NCBI GenBank assembly: GCA_963780985.1
Contig: CAWAEF010000017.1
Span: forward strand, 120,105-184,104
DNA length: 64,000 nt
Source: an uncultured Alphaproteobacteria bacterium
GTDB taxonomy: Bacteria > Pseudomonadota > Alphaproteobacteria > JAGOMX01
Direction of reading: 5' to 3'
The translations under genes were made by a program, and so were the position numbers. Shown here one piece after another: positions 46,401-54,453 of this stretch. Within the stretch, counting starts at the first letter, position 1; each line of letters begins with the position of its first letter. The notes below the pieces were generated by a model. The model did not search any database, was not told the origin of the DNA, and was given only the letters and a program-made list of their open reading frames with translations.

Positions 46401-47035
46401 AAGACCAGTTCAATGTGGATGTTCTGGGGCCAAGTGAAAGCTTGGGTGCAGCGTTTACAGTAGATGCTACTCTCATAGCCCCTGAGTTAAGTTACGACGG
46501 TTTAGGTGGAACAGGTCTGGATGGGGTAACGGTACGTGAAAGTTATTCAAACACGAGCGCCACACCATACGACTTAAGTTACCTCTCAGGCATCCTAACT
46601 GACCCTAACCAATCGACAGATACGCAGACATACCTAGAGTTGGGATTAGGAGGACAAGCAGCACTCGGTAACCCATCAAGTTTTAATCTAATTTATGGGA
46701 CGGATGTAGTTTTCAACGCCCAAAACCCAAGCTCGGGCCAAGTCGAGTTGGCTAGTTTAGTAAGAGTGGAAGAGGATATGGTTACTTTTACGAGCACCTC
46801 CGATATATACACACTCTATTCATCCAACACGACACAGCTAAGTGGAAGCAATCTCGCCGCTGGAGCGATTCTGCCAATAAATGCAGGCGAAGCTTTGTAC
46901 ACCCCAAACAACGTTTATTACTTGTCGACCGAATCAAACGTTCTGATTCGTGTAGATCAGTTGACAGCTACTGGGGTTACTAAGATCTTAGCTGATCTGG
47001 GTATTATAGAACACGTTTTCGTAGTTCATGCTTAA
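34419..47035 (+). CDS. Giant (~4,200 aa) repetitive surface protein/adhesin with VCBS/cadherin-like, ASH/choice-of-anchor-D-like Ig and He_PIG-like repeats; frameshifts near 40980 and 43370
   Basis: Three overlapping ORFs (2195, 834 and 1220 aa) share repeat motifs DSFTYQVAD, TITNTGTG.LNV, FDVTF.P, PSWM.IN..TGEITG; very T/S/G/A-rich and acidic. Confidence 0.88.
36030..39590 (+). repeat. Intragenic tandem repeat of ~3.7 near-identical units (963/963/966 bp)
   Basis: atatcaacttagacagtgc recurs at 36055, 37018, 37981 and 38947. Confidence 0.95.
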
Positions 47036-47131
47036 AGTCAAGGCGCGTAGCGCCCCGTCAACCAAACCCGTTTCTGGCGTACATGCCATATCCTATAATA
47101 TTGGGGCACCTTTATGTCACTATTTCATATG

Positions 47132-47326
47132 TAATCGTTTTTCAGGAAGATCTATGACTAAGAGCTGTTTTTCAGGAGTTATAACTATATTTCCGAAAAT
47201 GGCTCGATGCTAATCATTTTTTAGGAGCTGCAATCGGATTACATGCAATAGCCGATTTTTAACCGTTATTCAGGATATGTAATCGTTTCTGCAGGAGAAC
47301 ACATCCATATTAATCGTTCTTCATAG
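47132..47326 (+). repeat. Six degenerate ~16-bp direct repeats (consensus TAATCGTTTTTCAGGA)
   Basis: Copies at 47132, 47162, 47211, 47260, 47280 and 47311. Confidence 0.6.
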
Positions 47327-47426
47327 ATAACCTGCATATGATATGTTGCATTACATACAGTTAAGAAAAAAATAGGCAAGAGAGATTTTCTGGCTACGAG
47401 CTAGTCATATATTTTCTGATCGCAGG

Positions 47427-47795
47427 TTGCCAGCTACGGATGGCTGGTTATCGGGGTATTCAGCACTCATGTTTGAGCATCGACTGATGGTTCCTTTACC
47501 AGAAACAGCCTCCTTTATAAGTGAGAAATATGATCAACATGACTGTGTACGTCAGACTATTGAGAAGGTGCTACCAGAGGAAATTAGATATCTGGAAAAC
47601 TACGACCGCATGAAGATGGCTAAGGCAGATTTAGTTGACATGCCTGATTATCAAAACTCGCTCATGATTCAATTCCTCGAGCAGAATAGAGGAAAATTTT
47701 CGAAACGATCTCGAACCAAGGAATTTAATTTCCGCAGTGATGAGGAGTGCACTCGGATAGAAGAGCTGTACGCGGACATATTCTCAGCGCCTTAG
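47427..47795 (+). pseudogene. Internally deleted Fic-family gene (N- and C-termini fused, catalytic core missing)
   Basis: N-terminal GYSAL....L.VPLP joined to C-terminal VDMPD....LMIQFLEQNRGKFSKR.R.KEF...SDEE; no HPFxDGNGR motif. Confidence 0.6.
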
Positions 47796-47926
47796 CTTAG
47801 GCCTTCCCCACACTATGGGTCCACCGTAAGCTCGGCCTTATAGTTTCAGTATCACATGAATTTGGAACATACCACCCCAAAAGTGTGGCCATATAGTTTT
47901 CAACCAGTAGAATTTACTTGCGATGT

Positions 47927-49288
47927 CTACAATTTCACAGCTCGAATCATCCACACATTCTTTCGCCCATTGTATGGATTTTCTTCCCTTGCGACGGATA
48001 CATTGCCAAATCCATTGGACTCCATATACTTTTTAACATAAGGGGCATTCATTTCAGCCGCTATGTCATCAATTAAGAAGTTAAAAAGTGTCATGGTCTG
48101 AAAGGCTTGTTGATCATAGAGAATTCCTGAGATGTCATTACCATCGTCTTGCTTTATCACAATCCTGCCTCTTATTTGCTTGCGCGGAAAATTCCCATAG
48201 GTCGCGTAAGGGGCCAACTCAATAAGTTTGTCAGTGCTATCAGTGGGCGGGTAGTAGTCCAGAAGTACCATAGATTTCATGCCGTGCATTTTATGTAAAA
48301 CTCGTACTTCCCAATACAGTCTAGCTTTCACTTTATCAATAGGTTCGGCTGGATATTGCGTGTGATAGAATTTTATATGGTCATCCACCTTTTTGACCAT
48401 TTCCAGAACAGCTGGGCGTGCATTTTCAGGAAAAAGTTCAATGTTCTTATTATCTCCTCCGTAAATAAATATACTCTGGAAGACTAAATTGAGGTGTAGG
48501 AAACCATGAAACGGGTTCTTTTCAATCATGGGCTCTGGCTGCATATTTTGTGGTAAAAGGCTTACATACGGATGCCATTCAATATGTATTGGCGCTCCGG
48601 GCTTCATTGCTTTTGCAATATTCTGGATACAAGCGCCTTGATAATTTCTTGTTAAGTTAGCTTCAGTGTTTCTTTCAGGAGATGATACGTCTTCCGCGTA
48701 GACGGTTGGCATCCTCTCTAAGAATGCGGCTTTAATGTTATACTTGCTGAAGTCAAGTGTTCTAACATCACCCACAATATGCTTCGCATCCTTTATCTTA
48801 GAAGGCTTCGAATGCATTGTCACGGCTCGGCCATCAAAAGTTTTGCGATGGGTCATATCAACTTTATCGTTTCCCCAAATTGCATCGAAAATGGCGCCGC
48901 CACTCTCGGGCGCCCTCCTGTTAGAACCAGCCACAAGATAAAGATCTTCCTTTATCTTGCCTTCCTCACGCATGGTAGTAAGATTCTTTTTAGATGCCTC
49001 AAGACTAGACTTCTGGAAAAACACGCCGGCAAGCTCATAATTGCCTTTCTTGTACTGTATAACGGCATAATTATGTGCTGCCTTTTCGTTCCCTTGATTC
49101 GCAAGTTCTAAGAATATGGACTCGGCCTGAGCTCCTGCATCATCTTTTGAATAGCCATCTATTTTTCCATCTCTGAATGCTAAGGCTCTGTTATATAAGT
49201 CGGGACCATTTTCTGGCTGCTGGCTGCTATAGGCCGATTGCGAAAATAAAATCAATAAAGCAAGCTTTAGAACAGATTGATAAGTCAT
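47927..49288 (-). CDS. Secreted protein with Sel1/TPR-like repeats and a possible SAM-methyltransferase-like domain
   Basis: Signal peptide; LANQGNEKAAHNYA; HIVGDVRTLDF and IAKAMKPGAPIHIEW. Confidence 0.6.
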   Translation of the reverse strand: MTYQSVLKLALLILFSQSAYSSQQPENGPDLYNRALAFRDGKIDGYSKDDAGAQAESIFLELANQGNEKAAHNYAVIQYKKGNYELAGVFFQKSSLEASKKNLTTMREEGKIKEDLYLVAGSNRRAPESGGAIFDAIWGNDKVDMTHRKTFDGRAVTMHSKPSKIKDAKHIVGDVRTLDFSKYNIKAAFLERMPTVYAEDVSSPERNTEANLTRNYQGACIQNIAKAMKPGAPIHIEWHPYVSLLPQNMQPEPMIEKNPFHGFLHLNLVFQSIFIYGGDNKNIELFPENARPAVLEMVKKVDDHIKFYHTQYPAEPIDKVKARLYWEVRVLHKMHGMKSMVLLDYYPPTDSTDKLIELAPYATYGNFPRKQIRGRIVIKQDDGNDISGILYDQQAFQTMTLFNFLIDDIAAEMNAPYVKKYMESNGFGNVSVAREENPYNGRKNVWMIRAVKL

Positions 49289-49663
49289 GTTTCTTTCCTC
49301 AATATTATATAATAGAGCACTGTCGACTAATTACCATTTTCTCGATCTATAGGCAACAAAACTGTTGCAGAAAACTTTCTTGAAGCAAGCTTTAGCTCTG
49401 ATGCTTCCGACCCGTCAATTTGAGCCCCTAAGAGAGATGACTCAATCTCTGGTCTAAATTCAGGTAAAACAGAACGACGTTATGAAAGAGGCAGAAAAAG
49501 ATCCTTTTTTCAAAAACACGAAAAATTGACCCAGGACAACCCCAGCTACCTAAAAGACATGAATAAGAAACTAAAGTAGGGCTAAAAAATGTCTTGCACA
49601 AATCGTTTTGAGGTCTCATCTTAGAAATTAGAAATGCATGAAGCTCGTTGCGAGTAAACTATT

Positions 49664-50413
49664 TTGAGACAACCATTGGATAAGATAAAAATATATTTGA
49701 TAGGAATATCCCTTATGTTACAAGCCTGTTCAGAACAATCCATAACCCTCATTAATGATCCATCAGTTTCGGCGTTGCCCATTAATGAGAGCCATGAGCC
49801 ACTCGTTGACCTAAGGGGACAAACTATAATATCACTTGGACCATCTCCAGAAATTCCAAATAATCAAGATTACACAAAAGTACGCAAAAGCGTATATGAA
49901 AAGCTTTTAGAAGCTCAGAAACTATTACCTGTTGGGTTGAGGTTTTGCTTGTATGAAGGCTACAGAAGTCTCACGCTGCAAGACCGGCTTTTTAAAGCAC
50001 GATACGCGGAGGTACAAAGAGCGCATTCAGCTTGGTCCCATGAAGAAATATTTATGGAAACCACCAAGCTGGTCTCTCCGTTGACTAATTTAGATGGTAC
50101 GCAAAATGTTCCACCACACTCAACGGGCGCTGCCGTGGATGTCTATCTCATAGATGAAAATGGGAATCCTGTGGATATGGGCATGCTCATTAAAGATTGG
50201 ATTCAAGATGTTGACGGGTCGCTTTCACTGATGCATTCAACCAGAATCTCGCAGCAAGCGAAGAACTATAGAAACATCATGAGCGAAGTGTTAAGCCAGG
50301 TTGGCCTCGTCAACTACCCAACTGAATACTGGCATTGGTCCTATGGAGACCGCTACTGGGCTTTTCACAAGGGAGTAGGCCATGCGATGTATGGGAGTGT
50401 GAGAAACAAATGA
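49664..50413 (+). CDS. D-Ala-D-Ala dipeptidase (peptidase M15D, VanX/DdpX family), lipoprotein-like
   Basis: YEGYRS, PPHSTGAAVDV, EYWHWSYGDRYWA; LQAC lipobox-like motif. Confidence 0.9.
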   Translation: MRQPLDKIKIYLIGISLMLQACSEQSITLINDPSVSALPINESHEPLVDLRGQTIISLGPSPEIPNNQDYTKVRKSVYEKLLEAQKLLPVGLRFCLYEGYRSLTLQDRLFKARYAEVQRAHSAWSHEEIFMETTKLVSPLTNLDGTQNVPPHSTGAAVDVYLIDENGNPVDMGMLIKDWIQDVDGSLSLMHSTRISQQAKNYRNIMSEVLSQVGLVNYPTEYWHWSYGDRYWAFHKGVGHAMYGSVRNK

Positions 50414-50832
50414 ACAGCATCGCTTATACCTCCTCCAGCCGCCATGAGCTAACGAACAAAATTACGGAGGGGCTTCAAAAACGACTGGCAGCTCTGACGA
50501 ACATCGATGCAAACAATATAGAACCCCAAGTGATTTATGCCTTTCATAATGATATGTTCCTGGGCGGTGTCATGTATCAGCTGCACAGAGACATCTTGTG
50601 GATAGACTCGCTCTGGGTTGAAGAAAAGCATAGATACAAAGGCGTCGGCGAACAACTGGTGAAAAAAATCATGCTTATAGCTGGGCAACAAGGGACTCAC
50701 CAAATTCAGCTCAACACATTCTTCCCGGAAGCCCATGAGTTCTTCCTGAAATGCGGCTTCGAAGACGTAACCGTGGCGCCCGACTGGAAATACGGGCTGC
50801 AGTGTTATTTGATGAGGAAAGTACTATTATGA
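50410..50832 (+). CDS. GNAT family N-acetyltransferase
   Basis: LWIDSLWVEEKHRYKGVG, AHEFFLKCGF; ATGA overlap with the upstream gene. Confidence 0.88.
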   Translation: MNSIAYTSSSRHELTNKITEGLQKRLAALTNIDANNIEPQVIYAFHNDMFLGGVMYQLHRDILWIDSLWVEEKHRYKGVGEQLVKKIMLIAGQQGTHQIQLNTFFPEAHEFFLKCGFEDVTVAPDWKYGLQCYLMRKVLL

Positions 50833-50943
50833 ATGGAGTCCCTTATGCTCATGATATAGGGATGTTGGGGATAGAGGAATCAATTTCCAAGTAGATTGGG
50901 TAAGGGATTTACCCCCTCCCTCATGCCTAGCCCTGTCGATACG

Positions 50944-51019
50944 TTAGAACAACGTGAGACAGTTCGCACCTATCAATATGATTAGAACAACGTGAGACAG
51001 TTCGCACCTATCAATATGA
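50944..51019 (+). repeat. Perfect 38-bp tandem duplication
   Basis: ttagaacaacgtgagacagttcgcacctatcaatatga occurs twice. Confidence 0.95.
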
Positions 51020-51125
51020 ATGGAACCAACTTCATATGGCGCTTGTTTCAATCTGTCCTTACATTCCAGTAGAATACTGAAAGTATGGCCCGGCAGATTC
51101 ACCGGACCTGTCAAAGCACAAAAAT

Positions 51126-52013
51126 CTAGAAAGGGTTAAGTGACGCGACCCTTTGCTTCTTCGCGCGTTCTACTTCACTCTTAATTTGAGCTTCAAGTTT
51201 ATAACGGGCATATCGTGAAATCAGACCCATTTTTTCAATTGTTGTTAAAGCGTCTGCTCCATGAGGAGTAGTGGAATGGAGGCCCTTATAATATATCGCA
51301 TCTTTCCCACCAGAAAAACACTCTATAACAGCCCTATCTTTTTCATCAGCTTTTACGTATTGGCTATTAAGCTCATCTATATATAAATCAATCAAAATAG
51401 TCGGATCCACCTTAAACCAAATCTCTACTTCATTAATAGCGTCCTCTTTCAAGCGGCCAATAACAATTATGCTCTGCAAGGCATGGTAACTACCAAAGAA
51501 ACCGCCAAGCGTATCAACAGCGAAGGGCCTAAAATTCGGATTACCAGGCAAAGGCTCATCTTTCATTGAAGCTATACCGCTCACCAACCAAAACCTGCCT
51601 GTATCCCATTGATGCCATTGATTAATAAAAGTCCTGTTAGTCTCTCTTAGGAACCTATTTTTGGGTATTTCGCAAGAAAAATAATAATCTATTCCAACTG
51701 CCGCGGAGATACTGGCTAAAGTCACATAGGCAAATCTTTTTAAAACCGATCCATTATAACTCCTTAAAGGCACGGAAGAGTGCAATGTTCGCACGGGCAT
51801 ACGCATACAAGACCGTGCCATATTTCTGCTGGACAAGGAACTCAAAGCCCCTACGCGTCTTATGACATTTTCACCAAAATATTCGGACGCATCGGCGTCA
51901 GGCATTAATGCAGCACTAGTTACAACCACAAGTCCTGCCAGCATCATATTTCTGACTTTTCTGTTAGTTAGATTACATGTACCCATTAAGGTTTTCATTT
52001 TATTTTTGTACAT
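51126..52013 (-). CDS. Hypothetical secreted protein with a presequence-like segment and one TM
   Basis: Hydrophobic signal ending PDADAS, Arg/Ser-rich stretch, TM FAYVTLASISAAVGI. Confidence 0.65.
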   Translation of the reverse strand: MYKNKMKTLMGTCNLTNRKVRNMMLAGLVVVTSAALMPDADASEYFGENVIRRVGALSSLSSRNMARSCMRMPVRTLHSSVPLRSYNGSVLKRFAYVTLASISAAVGIDYYFSCEIPKNRFLRETNRTFINQWHQWDTGRFWLVSGIASMKDEPLPGNPNFRPFAVDTLGGFFGSYHALQSIIVIGRLKEDAINEVEIWFKVDPTILIDLYIDELNSQYVKADEKDRAVIECFSGGKDAIYYKGLHSTTPHGADALTTIEKMGLISRYARYKLEAQIKSEVERAKKQRVASLNPF

Positions 52014-52048
52014 AAGGGACTCCCAAGCTGTTTGGGTTAAAGATGAGC

Positions 52049-52093
52049 TAGCTTAACCAAGGGTATTCTGCCTGTCATCCGTAAAAAATACGG
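52049..52093 (-). promoter_or_regulatory. Sigma70-type promoter with the palindrome CCGTA-AAAAA-TACGG
   Basis: ATGACA-N17-TAAGCT immediately preceded by CCGTATTTTTTACGG. Confidence 0.5.
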
Positions 52094-52354
52094 AAAACTA
52101 TTATTTAATGACCTCAGATACATCGGACTTCATCTCATCTCCTTGCTTAAGAGACGATTGCGGACCACATTGCTTGACTAAACTTTTTCCCTACCGTCTT
52201 GATTTAATGACCAAAATGACATGTTTGAGGAACATTCTAAGAAGACCGCATCAAAACTTATCAGAAAGGATTAAATACTTGACTTAACTCATCCACGACC
52301 TTATACAAACTATAATGAACGTTAGGTATGGTTTAAATATAGAGAATATTAAAG

Positions 52355-53245
52355 ATGTTTGGTTACACAAAGAAGATTATAGCTGCAGTTAGCCTGCTGG
52401 CTTTATACCCAGTGCAACATGAGGCTCATTGTTCGGATGTAGACTTCGATGCAGGATTCAAGAACGTGAAAGGTCTTGCTATACACCATAAGTCTTTTGA
52501 GGAATCAAAAGAGCCCAAGATAGTAACGATGGGGGCTAATGGTAGAGATATTAAAACAAGATTACTAATCGAGGCCAGCAAGAAAACCCGTCCCAGCATC
52601 TTACGACTAGTCTGCAAGGACTTCAGAGATATCATAGATACGGGAACTCCAGATAATATAGGATTAAGGTATTCCACCATTGGTTCTGTATGGAAGCAGT
52701 GTATCCACGCGTGGTATGGCGTATTAGGCCATGAAGGCACTTGGCAAACAATCTTGAACGGCGAGTTGGTTTACAAGCCTAATCCAGATAGTGATGATGG
52801 GATAAAACGTTTGAAGATATCTGACCTTCCCAACCCTTTTGCAGGATCTTTTGACCTATCCGATTGTGGTGATGCTGGTAAGTACGTAAGCATCTCCATG
52901 GGTTTGCGAAAAGGAAAAAAAGACAGCAACAAAGACAAGAGCGAAATCTGGTTGATACCAAGGTTTTTAGCCATGCAGAAACTTGAAGGTAACGCGTCTT
53001 ATCTTAAAGAAACCATGGGCCAGTGGAGTGGCGAAACCCTTGTGGCGGTTATCTTTAACTGGTGGAGCAACCCAAATGACGCGTATGCTTATTGCTATTG
53101 GGCAGATTATGCGACGTTGCGGAAAACTAATCTGGGTGTGATTTATATGGACGAAAAAACGTCCCCGTGCGTCGGCGCGTGGGGCGGTGCGTGTGGACCT
53201 TCGGTGGCCAATGCAATTTCATGTTTCGTTTTTAAACTCGCCTAA
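52355..53245 (+). CDS. Secreted hypothetical protein with an F-box-like motif and a compositionally anomalous 3' end; candidate RT target
   Basis: Signal peptide (…EAHCS), SILRLVCKDFRDII; ends 3 bp from the RT stop. Confidence 0.75.
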   Translation: MFGYTKKIIAAVSLLALYPVQHEAHCSDVDFDAGFKNVKGLAIHHKSFEESKEPKIVTMGANGRDIKTRLLIEASKKTRPSILRLVCKDFRDIIDTGTPDNIGLRYSTIGSVWKQCIHAWYGVLGHEGTWQTILNGELVYKPNPDSDDGIKRLKISDLPNPFAGSFDLSDCGDAGKYVSISMGLRKGKKDSNKDKSEIWLIPRFLAMQKLEGNASYLKETMGQWSGETLVAVIFNWWSNPNDAYAYCYWADYATLRKTNLGVIYMDEKTSPCVGAWGGACGPSVANAISCFVFKLA

Positions 53246-53248
53246 GAA

Positions 53249-54421
53249 CTATTGACAATGACCCATGGCTTCTGCCATGGCGCCGGACCTCAAACATGAA
53301 AAGAGGCTAGGCAGAAGGGTTTGAACATATTTCTCAAACTCCTTTATTGTCGACATTCCTAAGGCAAGCCAGGACGCCCATTTTCGAACATATTGCCGCA
53401 AAGTCACAAGTGTACCAGGCTTTTGAGCAGCTGAAACCAACAATTGGGTCAAGATGCTCTGAACATCTACCTCTGTTGGAGCTGGCTCATTAACCATGTA
53501 CTCCGAAATGTCGCGCCCATGAGGATTGCTCTTGTGTTGGCGGGATACATTTCTTTTACCTTGCGACGGCTCATAAAGCGCGGCACCACGTTCGTGAAAA
53601 CGCCTGAGTGTTTCTTTAGAGGGTAAAATCTTTTGATCGTCCATATAATAACCAAGGAAATTAAAGCCATGGGCAATCTTACCAATATAGGTTTTAGAAG
53701 GATGTAGTTGCAGCTGTAAACCAGCCACAACCTTATGGGTGATCTTTACGACTTTTCGCAAAGCTGTTTTGCTTTTAGTGAGAATCACCCAATCATCCAT
53801 GTAGCGTGCATAAAAAACGCCTTTGATCTGCCCAATAGCCTTATCCAACGGAACTAAGGCGATAGCCCCAAGAATTGGAGAAAGAGGTGATCCCTTAGGT
53901 ATCCCTTTGTCATCGTAATCATAGAAGTTTCCTCCACGAGTCTCTGTGCGCTGCAATGCCTTACGCAATAGGGTTAATAAAACAAGATGATGAAGATGGG
54001 GCTCGATAATACCCATAAGGACATCAAATCGAATGGACTGGTAGTAGCTCTTAATATCGCTCCGCATTACATAATGATGTTCAGATAAGGCATCATGAGT
54101 ATGATTCACTGCCTTATTAAGGCCTCCACGATCTTTGATATGGTAACAAGATTGGGGTATATGATCATCCATTCTAGCGGCCAAAGCTTGAGCTATAAGC
54201 TTCAAGGCAATCATATCCTGAGACGACCAAAGGGAGATAGTTGCGTCATCAAACTCATAGCGCTCCAGCATGTCAAAGGTGTAGGACCCATCATTAAGCT
54301 GCTTTAGCAGACCATCTTTGATGCTATTCCACCGTATCCGAAGACGCCAAATGTCGGAGTTAGCAGAGTATTCTTTAAGCAGGCCGCAAACCCATTTAAA
54401 TGCTTGCTCAAGGGTATCCAT
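53249..54421 (-). CDS. Reverse transcriptase (RNA-directed DNA polymerase), unclassified group-II-like; start may lie up to 54484
   Basis: RSDIKSYYQSI, GIPKGSPLSPILG, YARYMDDWVIL, LHPSKTYIG, GFNFLGY; no HNH/endonuclease domain. Confidence 0.93.
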   Translation of the reverse strand: MDTLEQAFKWVCGLLKEYSANSDIWRLRIRWNSIKDGLLKQLNDGSYTFDMLERYEFDDATISLWSSQDMIALKLIAQALAARMDDHIPQSCYHIKDRGGLNKAVNHTHDALSEHHYVMRSDIKSYYQSIRFDVLMGIIEPHLHHLVLLTLLRKALQRTETRGGNFYDYDDKGIPKGSPLSPILGAIALVPLDKAIGQIKGVFYARYMDDWVILTKSKTALRKVVKITHKVVAGLQLQLHPSKTYIGKIAHGFNFLGYYMDDQKILPSKETLRRFHERGAALYEPSQGKRNVSRQHKSNPHGRDISEYMVNEPAPTEVDVQSILTQLLVSAAQKPGTLVTLRQYVRKWASWLALGMSTIKEFEKYVQTLLPSLFSCLRSGAMAEAMGHCQ

Positions 54422-54453
54422 TGAAAATAATAGGGGGGTCAATATCGTGGTTT

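Noticed and set aside
50944-51019. Possible CRISPR array or rRNA gene
   Set aside because: Two abutting copies with no spacer and no cas genes; only ~31 nt resemble rRNA.
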